Source: Cystobasidiomycetes sp. EMM_F5 (lineage: Eukaryota). Taken from it: DNA of 64,000 bases. The position numbers and the translations under genes are program-made. The notes under the pieces were generated by a model. It was given only the letters and a program-made list of their open reading frames with translations. It had not been told where the DNA came from and made no database searches. The DNA is taken from the NCBI GenBank assembly GCA_051047955.1, contig JBPGPT010000010.1, positions 434,001 through 498,000 on the forward strand, written 5' to 3'. Position 1 is the stretch's first letter. Every line of letters starts with the position of its first letter. Shown piece after piece: positions 50,209 through 61,636 of the stretch.

Positions 50209-51003
50209 GAGAGCCATGTATCAGGTTCTGTTTGGTACTCATCTTGTCGTTGTGTGCCATAAATTTACATTGCGATCTGCCGTCAAGATTACACGCCATC
50301 AATTCTCGAAAATGTGGCTTTCTTTCGCTTCAATCCGAAAGCTAAAAACGCTTTGACAGTATAATGAATCCTCTAACAGGTGGTCGCTTGGCGTCTATTG
50401 GTCTCGTCACGGTTGTCGGAGTATTGAACGGCGTTTAGTGAGTTCGCAGCCACCGATGACGGATGGCCCTTCATACTGACTCGAACGAAACAGCGTCTTC
50501 AAACCGCGTAAGTTAACTTTCATAAATTGTTCAAGCGCATTAGACTGAGCATCGTCGATGTGCTAGTCTTCGAGCAGTATCGAGTGTCAGTGTAGACCTG
50601 CGTCAAAAGGATGCCAAACCACTGAAGAATCATTTGTGACGCAGTGATACCCACGGTACTTTCAGGCCTGAAAATATCGACATGAAGGTCGATGCAGCGG
50701 ATACGGCGGCTCTCACTAATGCTGTCGCTACGAAATTCGTAGACACTAAAACTGGAGAAGCCGCCCAGCAGACCAAGATTGCTCCCGGTCAAATGCATTC
50801 TGAAAAGAGCGCCTAAGTGTGGATGCGGATGAAGGCAAGCACTGAAGTCTCTGCCTCGGTCTCGATCCGCACTCTGTCCAGTGTTGCCCTTTCAATTCTG
50901 GTCGGACTGAAAGCGGCATACTAGGCTTGCACCACAGACATTTTCGCCATTGATAGGTTCATACACTCTACACTGCATCTGTACGGCAGATCTCACCCGC
51001 AAC

Positions 51004-52825
51004 ATGCCGGGTTTCGTCGATCTTCTGGGCGACAATGCGTACGCTGGGCGTCGAGGCAAGAGCAGACCAGTATCGATGTGTTCGACCTACAGTACCATAT
51101 CCATCAAGGAGCCAGAGAACAATAGTGTCCTTTTTCCTGCGGCTTTTGGAGTGGCCGCTGGCGAGAAGTTTGACGATGGTAAGGCATTGTCGTTTTACAT
51201 TGATATTTCGGAGCTTAAAATCCATTCCAGTTGCCGCCGTTCCGTATGGACTTACTATACAGCGCATCAAAGCAATTACCTTGTTCTTTGGCGCATGGGT
51301 GGGCACACTCGAAGTTACGTACCTTCTTTCCGATGGTTCCGAGATGACTAGAACAAATGGGCAGAGAGGTAAGAGCAGCCGACTATTTTCACTCATCGTG
51401 TCACTGAGTGAACTTGGCTCAGGCGGCAAAAGCGCGACGTACCAATTCCGGCCTAACGAAATACTCATCGCCGTTGCCGGACTGCTGGGCTTTATCCAAG
51501 TAAGGCGAGCCGGCTCTAACTAGAAGCGGATGCTTATATGACACCTCTAGAATACAGACTTTCTAGTAAACGACTTAATGATCGACTACTTGCAGTTTCA
51601 TATCAAGGATCTTGATACAGGCGATGTCCGCATCGTCCCAGAGGAGCCTGAAGTTTTCAATTCCTCGCGTGGCGCCGAATTCTTCATTCAAGGGCCTATA
51701 TACGCATTTTCAGGTCAAACAGCAGGCTACCTCAGCCAGATCCAACCCTACCTTGCAAAAGAGCGGGATGTCGACTTTGGCCTCCCTGCTCCAGGCGTCT
51801 CTTTCGACGATCACAAGGCGTTCAAGCACGAGCGCGTGAGGGCTATGAAGCGTATTACGGTACGAGCTGGTGCATGGATCGAAGGGATCGAAGTCGTGTA
51901 CGAGCTTGCGAGCGGCCGACTAGTCACATGCTCTCACGGCGGAACCGGGGGGAAAGCTATTGTGACGGAGCTTCAGGGTGAGTATGCAAGACAACACGGA
52001 AGTGGGTAAGCTGATGTTATAATCGCAGAGAACGAGGTGCTAGAGGCAGTCAGTGTCTCGAACAGCGGGCCCTTCCCGTTTTGTGACGCACTTAGGCTAT
52101 ACTTTTCCACGTACGCCCGTGACGGTACGCTCATATCTCGTCGTACCGTACCAGACAAATCTTCTCCTGCATTAGGCTACGAGTACGAGTTTGGCGAATG
52201 CACCTGGATCCGAAGCGGTACTCGAAGTGGCACTGGAGACCGAATCATAGCATTTGCAGGGAAGTGTGGCAGCTACATTGAGGAACTTGCGTGCTGGATC
52301 CGAGATGGCGAGACTGGCGAAGAAAGACTTGTCAAGCCTAGACGCGTTGGGACGCCTGCTACTGCCCGTACGCAATTGTCTGGCGACTCTGTGTTTGCGT
52401 CTGGCCTGCATACCCCACATGGCAGCGGATCAAACGGACTCGAGAATGGGATGGATTACCACCGAAGGACTGCTTCATCGTTTGACGGACCTAGCCCTGC
52501 TCTCAGCTCATCGTTGCGAGTCGAATTACCGGGCAGCCATCTCTTCCACAGCTCGCCTGAGCTCATCCTGCCCTCGAGCCTGCCATCGTCTCCCAGCCTT
52601 TCGAGTTCTTTACGCCGCCTGTCAATCATCAGCACTAACGCCGGCAGCGTGTCGGGAACTGCAGCTGGAGGCGAGTCAACTCCCGCTTCGGCATCCATCA
52701 GTCCGGAAATCAAGAAGCGTCGACTGTCAGGACAGATTGCGCTGTTGAGAGGTTTGCCGGAGAGCCAGCGCATGCCAAACACACCCGAGAGGGTACATCA
52801 GCTCCGTACTGGTTTTGGGCACTAG
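51004..52825 (+). CDS. Protein with two jacalin-like lectin domains and a Ser-rich tail
   Basis: Twice-repeated pattern G..FDD...I.(V/L)..GAW(I/V)..(I/L)EV.Y.L..G...(H/N)G..GG.......E.L.AV, plus IIAFAGKCGSYIEEL. No signal peptide is evident. Confidence 0.75.
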
Positions 52826-53453
52826 GTGCGACGGACAAGAATGACAGCAGCAGATGTTTACCTATTTCGAAGCTGCATTGTCTGTCTTCTTTCGAGGTCC
52901 AGACTTGTGCTACATGTTGTATTGACTGAAATACTGTATACTGCACAATGAAGAACTCCATCCTCTGGCAATCGATTGACGATACCAAGTAACTTAAGTT
53001 ATTGGAATCATCCGACGTCTGTGATCTCAACGCGTCAGGGGACAAATACTAGTCACGTGTTCAGAGTCTTTGTTTACGCGACTACTTTCCGTGGCCACTC
53101 GCTCAGGGTTGTGAGGGAACTGGGTTGGACTTGTGCAGAATGGACGAGACGCAGAGGATGCAGCAGCAGTGACTGCAGTGACGAACCAGGTCAGTGAGAG
53201 CGAGACTGTGCTTAGTCACCGCCATGAGCGTATCCCTCGGGAATGCCATGAGCTACGCATTCCTCGACGTAGTAAACACGGGGGTGAATAATTCTGCGAG
53301 GGCAATGGTCAGAGGGCTGACGGTGCTGACTCTGCATATCCTCACACACGCTATATACTGCTGCTACTACTACTGCTGGGCTGTACCGCTCGACTCTGAC
53401 ACACTCGTCGATACCCCGTCTGCCCCGTCGCATGGCATGGTGATGGATCGACA

Positions 53454-56400
53454 ATGGGCGCATCTGGACTCCAATCGGGCACATCTTTACACGCTGCAAC
53501 TATGAATGACGGACTCTGTGTGGGCGATGGACTCGCTGCCGGTACCATCACCCCGCTGCTCGCTGCGGACGGCCCCGATCATCATAAACAACAATCTGCG
53601 ACGACGGCAACAAATACCGACGGGAACGATGATGGTCTGTCGATTGTCGGTGCTGTCGACGGACCTCATCTCCATGTGATGACGGCGCAATCCCCAACAA
53701 CACCTCGTCGGCAATCATCCCATTCGCCGGTTCAACTGGCGCCCTCATCGACAACATCACCCAAATATGCCAAATCCAAACCGGCTACCCCGATATCATA
53801 CTACGGTCATGAATCGATGCTGCCCGTGTTTGATATAGATTCTTCGTCCGACGACGAGGTAAACGCCATGAGTGCACGAATAACAGCGAGAAAGCCGGGA
53901 AAGACCACTCTGTCTGCGCAGAGAGCAGATAGTAACGCAGCTGCCAAGCTGGAAGCACAGTCTGCAAGCTCTATACAGCCTGTTGCCTCGACGTCGACTC
54001 ACCCACTTCCTAGCAATGCCGGTGCGGCCCTAGAGCAATGGAAGATGCATCAGCAGCCCCAGATGCTCTTTCCAGTTTTGCAATCTGGCATATACCAGTC
54101 TAGTAAGTTTTATCATGCGCGCTCTATATGTACAGCTGTACAGGCAAGTAAGACTGACCGTGTCGCTTTTCACAAAATTCTTGACCCTCCGACTACGTCA
54201 GACTTGCAAAATCAGCAGGGTACCTCGAGTCTGTCGATACCGATACCAAGTAGTTTTCAGCACATTGCTTATGCTCGTGACACTGGGCCAACCTCACGGC
54301 CGGCTGTACTGGCTATAGGTTCACATTCCGACCGGCAACCTCAACCTCGACAGCGGCCCGTACAGCGACATGTCAAGACGGATCGAGTCGATGGAGACAG
54401 GAGTGGGACTCCTCTCCCCAACAAACAAGATGGTGATTCACCCGAGGACGGCGGGCAGGAACGGGACGAGAGTGGTTCCACGACATACGCCCTCCCATCG
54501 GGAATCACTTGCGTTTCACAGATTGAAGCAAGGCCGTTTAGGGATGCGACTGGAGGGCTCGTCTTTCCGTGTCCGATATGCGAAAAACAGTATACCGGTA
54601 AACACGCAAGAAGCATTTGGAAGAGGCATTTGTCCAATAAACACGATATTCCATTGAATGTTCAGCCGAGGAGGACGAGGTGGGACAACGGTGAGTGTAC
54701 TTTGTAGTTCGACGTTGATACGCTATGAAAGCGGGATGATACTGATGTGGGGTGCCCCACGTATGACAACAGACATTAATCGGCCTAAAGACGAAGCGGA
54801 ACGGCATAAGCGTACGCTGGAAAGCAAGCGGAGATGGGCAGCCAAAAATCGAGCAGAGAAGCGTGTCAAGCGCCGCCTCGCGCTCGGTCTTGCTCCAGAT
54901 GAAGAGGACCTCAAGATTATAAACGAAGTCCTCGAAGAGCACAAGGCGGCAATGCAGGCTGAAGCCGAGGCGCATAGGCGCGAAGAGCAAGTGCGAGGGC
55001 AAAGTGGAGATCAAGATCTGCCTCATCGGAATGAATACCGTCCGGATACCGTATCGTCGGTAGCTGGTAATGGCCAAATTTTGACCTATGGATCGGCCGT
55101 TACCTCCGTACCTCGCATTATCAATGCTGCCGGCGAGACGGGGCCTCCGCTACAGCCAGGCTTTGTACAGAATTCCTTGCAGCACTCGACTTTGCAACAG
55201 TCCGAGGGGGTAAGCTTACGGCACCCACAGCCGGTCCATCCTGTACCATTTCTGCAGGTACAAGCGGCGGAGTCACCTAGCGCGCTCACGCCGCTACCTC
55301 TGACCCATCAGCTGAGATACTCCGCTATGTCTATGGGCTCCGTCTCGCCCGCTTTGTCGACAGCGTCTCTCCATCCTCCTCTGGAATACTCCAACTTATT
55401 CCAGTTCTCCCCGGACCCGCATCGACATGCCATCTTTCCGCGGCAGCCTTCTCTCCAAGTCACTTCCGACGTACATTATACTTCCAACAGTGACAGCGGA
55501 ATCCCCTCCCAGTCTGTCTCTCCAGCAATGTCGCACTTCAGCTTTGCACCGTCGGAAGCCGACTCTGCATTGCATTACGAAACATTCATGCCGGACTTTA
55601 GTCGGCCACTGTTTCAACAGGACTACCTCTACTACCCATCTCAGTATCCGCAAACGTCGTATGTCCCAGCATACTCAAACTTGCAATATCCTTCGCTTGG
55701 CAACGCAGAGCCATCGTTTCAGCAGCATACTCGCTTGGAAACAAGTCGACCTGCTTCGGCATCTCCAATGTACTCATCGTCCAACTTACAGTCTGCGCAT
55801 GCTATACCCTCGCCATACCCAGTTTCGCCAATGCAGCCTTCTTTTATGTCACAGGGAGAGCCAGAGCATGGCATTCCAACCAATCGTACTTTCCATCTTC
55901 ATCCACCTGTACAAGCACCGGGAATGCAGCGTGCTCATTCAGCACCAAACATGCTTGTATCGCCTTTGAAGCAGGATTTCCAACCGCAGAACCCAAATAC
56001 ATTGCAACTGTGGCCAGCGACCGAAGCTGCCACTGCTCGACAACACGGTCCGCTACTGGGCGTGCCACTAAACGCTGCATCTAGTCACGAAGACGTCCGT
56101 CAAGATTCAGCTATTCCCCTTACTTCAGCTCAGCACAGTGACAGCGCATCCGGGCATGGTGCAGTGTTCACAGACGACGGCTCGCAAGCAACGCAAATCA
56201 CTCATCAACCGCAACCGCAGGAGTCAGCGAAATCCAAAATCCCGTCAGGACCCGCATTGCCACTCCGGCCAGCATCGGCACTGGCAAATGAATCAAAGAC
56301 AGATGCTCCTGCTAGTCACAAGCAACAGAGACTGCCTATCGCCATGCGCCGTGCTCTCTCTGCTGCTGCAGCCATCAGATCCGAGGCCGAAGTATACAGG

Positions 56401-57399
56401 ATTGAGGAGGCTCGTGCCCCTAGCGTTGAGCCGGACAACGTTCAGTACAGTCCAGAAGATATTAAAGCTTCTGTCAATCAACACCCGTCCAAGCTGGATG
56501 AACTGGAAAATGCGACAAAGTCGCTCAATCGCAATAACAGTAAGGCCGAAGCTGCTTTACAATTATTAGCAATGAAGACTAGCAGTCCAGTTGCCGCTCC
56601 CGTCAACGATTCTGGTTTCCTAGACAGCACCGACATCTTCACCTGGCAAGCTCCGGCATCGCCTACGAGACTCTCGACAAAGGCAGGAAAGAAGGCCAAG
56701 TCACGGCAGAAAGACGCGAACCATCAGTCCACGCCGCTCGGTATTTCTACAAAGGCTGTCAACGCGGGAGCTTGCTTCCCTCGAAGCAGCCCAAAGTCGA
56801 GTCAGGCCACTAGAGTCCATCGCACTGGGCAGGAAAGATCGAGTGATTCTTCTAGTGACGGTCTTTGTCAGCCAATCATTCTCAAAACGGCTGCAGACGC
56901 TTCGCAAGGCATATTCAGGAAGCGAAAGTCCGAGCAGACCAGATCGCCATCGTCCAGAAAGAGCGGCAGCGGCATCCGTTCGCCGGAGCCGACGAAGCGG
57001 AAGTGTCTGCCAGCCTCGTCAGAGAAGATCACGTCCGGTCACAACAGACCCTTGCTGCATCCCTCTAACAGCGACGGTAACACCATTACGCTGCCCTATG
57101 TAGCAACCCCTATCACGAAGACGACTCGATCACAGACTCGGCAGCATCAGCGCAAGACGAGCGATGCTCGCAACAATGCTTTCAACCTCGACACTTCGTC
57201 CCGTCCCAGTGCTGGCCTAGGATTCTTGTCCAGTCCGGGCAATTTTATATTTTCTAGCCCCGAACACGCAGCGGTCAGCAGAAGCCTAGGGCTCGTTGCA
57301 GAGTCTTCCCATATGAATGCATTTGATCTCGATATCTTCGAGTCGTATTCTGGCGGTCTCAGCGAGTATGCTGCCGGTGTATTCGGTAGCTCCGACTGA
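53454..57399 (+). CDS. C2H2 zinc-finger protein with adjacent basic helix (putative transcription factor)
   Basis: FPCPICEKQYTGKHARSIWKRHLSNKH followed by PRRTRWDN|DINRP...RTLESKRRWA. The rest is low-complexity. The start codon is uncertain (53454 or about 53502). Confidence 0.75.
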
Positions 57400-57782
57400 A
57401 GGCGACAAACATCAGACATATCATACAGCTTGATTATCGGCACAGTGTCTGCCTGACACAGCGCAGCACGACTGCCGCAATGTAGAAGGACTTGCTTAGT
57501 CCTCAAAACCTCTTGTCAGCATTATCGATGTATTACTACTGATCGCATATCCAGCTTTGACAGCTTTGCGTAATAACATCTTGTCTCCATGTGCCGTCCA
57601 TCTTGCCATACTCGCCATTTGTAGTTGGGGCTCTCCTAGCATGTCCGCGGAAGGGCTCTGTTAATCCGCTGGTGGCGAAAAGGCAGCTCGTCATTGGCGA
57701 AAACGGGTAGAGAGATCAAAAGTGACTCCTTTGACTGAGCTCTCATAGCACGTCACAAGCCACCATTGAAAACCCTCTAGGC

Positions 57783-58996
57783 ATGTCCAGTAATCCTCAA
57801 AGCAACAAGCAATGGAAAGTCATTGGAGTCGGCTCCTTTGATAATCTCCAATATGACGAAGCTGGCTCCGTTCCCGACATTGGAGACCAAGATGTTCTCG
57901 TAAAGTGTCAGTAGCTGTGGTTGTCAGTTGCGTAAAACCTGACCAAACATCTCTTTTTCTGACAGTCGAAGGGGCCTCTCTGAATTATCGAGACCTGATC
58001 ATTGCGAAAGGCAAATATCCGTTCGGTCAGCGAGACAAAGTCGTCCCAGGTTCAGATGGAGCCGGAACAGTTCAAGCTATCGGTAGCAAGGTAGACCGAT
58101 TTAAGGTCGGCGATAAAGTCGTCACACTCTTCAATCAAGGCCACTTGGGCGGATATATCGACCAAAAATCTGCAGCGACAGGCGTCGGAGGTTTGATTGA
58201 CGGGTCTCTGCAAGAATACGGATCGTACAACGAGTAAGGACTTGTGAAATACCCAGATTTCCTCTCGCCTGTGGAGGCTGCCACCCTCACATGTGCTGGC
58301 ACAACAGCATGGAATGCCCTGTACGGCATCTCTGACCGAGCACTCAAGCCAGGTCACTTTGTTCTGACACAAGGTACAGGCGGTGTCTCCTTGTTTGCAC
58401 TGCAGGTGAGTCCGTCGCGCTCCTCCAGCTGCCAGATCCTTTTGACACCACTTCAGTTTGCGAAAGCTGCAGGTGCCAAGGTCATTGCGACGACGTCATC
58501 AAAAGAAAAGGAAGAGAAGCTCAAAGCACTGGGAGCAGACTTTGTCATCAATTACAAGCAGGATGCAAATTGGGGCGAGACGGCCAAGAAGCTGACTGGC
58601 GGCAACGGTGTTCAGCACGTCATAGAAGTCGGGTAAGCCGAGTGCATGTAGCGGTGAAAGGGCTAGACTAACGAATCATAAAGTGGTCCCACAACCACTC
58701 AGCAATCGCTGAAAGCCGTCTCCTATGAGGGTGTAATTTCGGTCATTGGGTTCATCGGCGGCATGAAAGCGGAGAAACCACCGACGCTCCTGGAAGCCCT
58801 CACCTCAATCTCAACCATACGTGGAGTATACGTAGGAAGTCGCCTGCAAATGGAAGACATGATTGCTTGTATCAAGGCAAACAACATCAAGCCAGTGGTA
58901 GATGACAAGATCTTCAAGCTCGAGCAAGTCAAGGAAGCCTACCAGTATATGTGGGACCAGAAGCACTTTGGAAAGGTTGGCATTGAGATTGCATGA
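57783..58996 (+). pseudogene. Zn-binding/MDR alcohol dehydrogenase with an in-frame TAA at 58235-58237
   Basis: SLNYRDL, VPGSDGAG, EAATLTCAGTTAWNAL, QGTGGVS, INYK and HFGKV are all intact. The reading frame is ...tac aac gag TAA gga ctt gtg aaa... (YNE*GLVKYP) and continues in the same frame. Confidence 0.8.
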
Positions 58997-59181
58997 CTTT
59001 GTGAATCTTGCTGGATTACTCCATCCCCTCTTGCATGTCCATACAATCAAGGCATCAGTCAAGCATGCTTCAACCTTTGCAATTGTAGTGTTAGATAGAT
59101 CGCATTTTCGGCGGGAAGGACACCTCCGCTTCTTCTCTGCTGACTGCCCACACGACCAAGGACAGATACGTTGGCTAAAAT

Positions 59182-59252
59182 CGGATGAAACCGCTGCTGC
59201 TTTTCCGCTGCATGCCTAGTCAAGGACCGGGTCGTCGGTTTCAGTTTCCCCG
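59182..59252. promoter_or_regulatory. Inverted CGG elements in the isocitrate lyase promoter (CGG-N6-CCG at 59182, CGG-N11-CCG at 59236)
   Basis: Seen directly. CGGATGAA matches the first 8 nt of the yeast ICL1 carbon-source-responsive element CGGATGAATGG. Function is inferred. Confidence 0.3.
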
Positions 59253-59509
59253 ACCACAAATCAACCATAAAGCCGGTGGCGGAATTGAGCTGTCATTTCG
59301 TGTCTAATATCGCGTCCTTGTTTATCCCTGACGAGGCTTGGCTACTGAACAAAGTGCTGGACGTGTAGGTGTCGATGACCTACTGCATAGCCGAAAGACT
59401 AGCCTGACACACAGGACTCTGCGACCTCGCCTTTCACGTCAAACTCCGCCCATCCGGCACCTATACGAAACAGCAGCCGAATACGGTATCAACGCAAACA
59501 ATCCAAGCA

Positions 59510-61446
59510 ATGGTGCAAGACTTTGCTGCACAGGAGGAGGCTGCTTTCCGCGATGAGGTGGAGCAAGTCAAGCAATGGTGGAAGGTCAGTACATCCACCT
59601 CCTGAAGCAGTCACCGGATCGTCCCGGAATAGTCAAGTCCGCGGCGTCTCCGGATACTGTACCATCAACGGCCAACGAAAAGCTACATGACTAACGCATT
59701 TCACTCGTTTTTCTGAGCTCAGTCGCCTCGTTTCGAAGGCCTTGTCAGACCCTATACTGCCGAAGCCGTCGTGTCGAAGCGGGGTACTTTACCCATATCG
59801 TACCCGGCCGCTGCCCAAGGCAAGAAGCTCTTCAAGCTGTTGAGCGAGCATGCAGCAGCTAAAACTCCTAGTCATACATACGGCGCGTGAGTAGCTCATG
59901 GCCTCTATGTCCGGCAATTGCGCCTTGCTAATGTGGAACAACGACAGCCTGGACCCCGTGCAGGTTACGCAAATGGCGAAATACCTTGAGACTGTTTATG
60001 TATCTGGATGGCAGAGCTCAAGCACGGCCAGTTCCACAAATGAACCAGGACCCGACCTTGCGGATTACCCCTATAATACTGTGCGTGGCTGTCACAATAA
60101 GGAACTCGGATGTCGAGCTGAATCAACCTCCATCTTACACAGGTGCCCAACAAAGTTCATCATTTGTTCATGGCGCAGCTATTCCACGATCGTAAACAGC
60201 GAGAAGCACGAAGCAACCTCAGCGCGGCGGAGAAGAGTAAAACTCCGTACACTGACTGTAGGTCTGACGGGACTTGTTTTCTCGCGTCTATCTAATGCAT
60301 CATGCTGCAGACTTGCGTCCAATCATCGCGGATGCCGATACAGGACACGGCGGTCTTACTGCAACGATGAAACTGGCCAAGCTCTTCATCGAGAGCGGTG
60401 CAGCCGGTATTCACATTGAAGATCAAGCGGCTGGCGCAAAGAAATGCGGTCACATGGCTGGAAAAGTCCTCGTTCCGATCGCGGAACATATCAACCGTCT
60501 GATTGCTATTCGCCTACAATTCGACATTATGGGAGTCGAGAATCTCATTGTCTGCCGGACAGATGCGGAAGCTGCCACGTTGATCTCCACAAACGTTGAT
60601 GAGCGTGATCATGCTTTCATTCTCGGCACTACCAACAGCTCGCTTGCGCCGCTGGTTGACGTTATGGTGAAAGCCGAGAGGGAAGGAGTCAATGGAGACG
60701 CATTACAAGCCGTTGAAGATGACTGGATCGCCAAAGCAGATTTGAAACTTTTTGGCGACGCAGTTGCAGCGGAACTGAAGAAAAAAGGTGTCAGCCAAAA
60801 CAAGGCTGATGCCTTCTTGAAAAAGATTGCGCACAAATCTCATGGCGAAGCCGTACAGCTTGCGAAACGGGAATTCAATGTAGAGTTCTTCTGGAATTGG
60901 GACTTGCCCAGAACGCGAGAAGGCTTCTACCGGTATCAAGGTGGCACATCCTGCTGTATCAATCGAGCCATCTATTATGCACCCTACTGTGATGCACTAT
61001 GGATGGAGACGGCAAAACCAATCTTATCGCAAGCGGAAGAGTTTTCGAAGGGAGTCAAGGCTGTACACCCGAAGAAGTGGCTAGCCTACAATTTGTCACC
61101 ATCTTTCAACTGGGAGGCGGCAGGCCTGTCCACACAGGAAATGGAGAAATATGTGTGGCAGTTGGGCAAGCTCGGCTTCGTCTGGCAATTCATCACGCTC
61201 GCAGGCTTGCACTCGCAAGCACTGATCTCGGACCAATTTGCGCGTGCTTTTGCGGCAGAGGGGATGAAAGCCTATGTCGAACTCATTCAAAGCAAAGAGC
61301 GTGAGATTGGATGTGATGTCCTCACACACCAGACGTGGAGTGGTGTCAACCTCGTCGGTAACATGCTGAAGACGGTGACTGGCGGTATTTCGTCGACTGA
61401 CGCTGCAGGCAAAGCGAGTACCGAACACGATTTCAAACGGAAATAG
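59510..61446 (+). CDS. ICL1: Isocitrate lyase
   Basis: [21 protein letters not shown], the signature [24 protein letters not shown] and [10 protein letters not shown]. Confidence 0.97.
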
Positions 61447-61636
61447 GATTGGCTTCTTAGGTGCAGGGCAGGCAGAGGAGGAGCTGCCCATTCAGAGATG
61501 TATTTCAGCGTTCAGCCTTGTTAGCAAAATGTCATCCATTGCCTCTGTGAATGGTGATCGAGGTTATATGCGTCGCAACGTCAGGATGTAGCGGTAGCGT
61601 CAGTTTGTCTGTGCTCGAACGATGACCCTGTAAGCT

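Noticed and set aside
58994..59100. TGA-CT readthrough context after the ADH stop (also after esterase copy 1) that might expose a cryptic peroxisomal signal
   Set aside because: The extensions end SVR and RVR, which are not PTS1, and the context is not the TGA-CTA motif.
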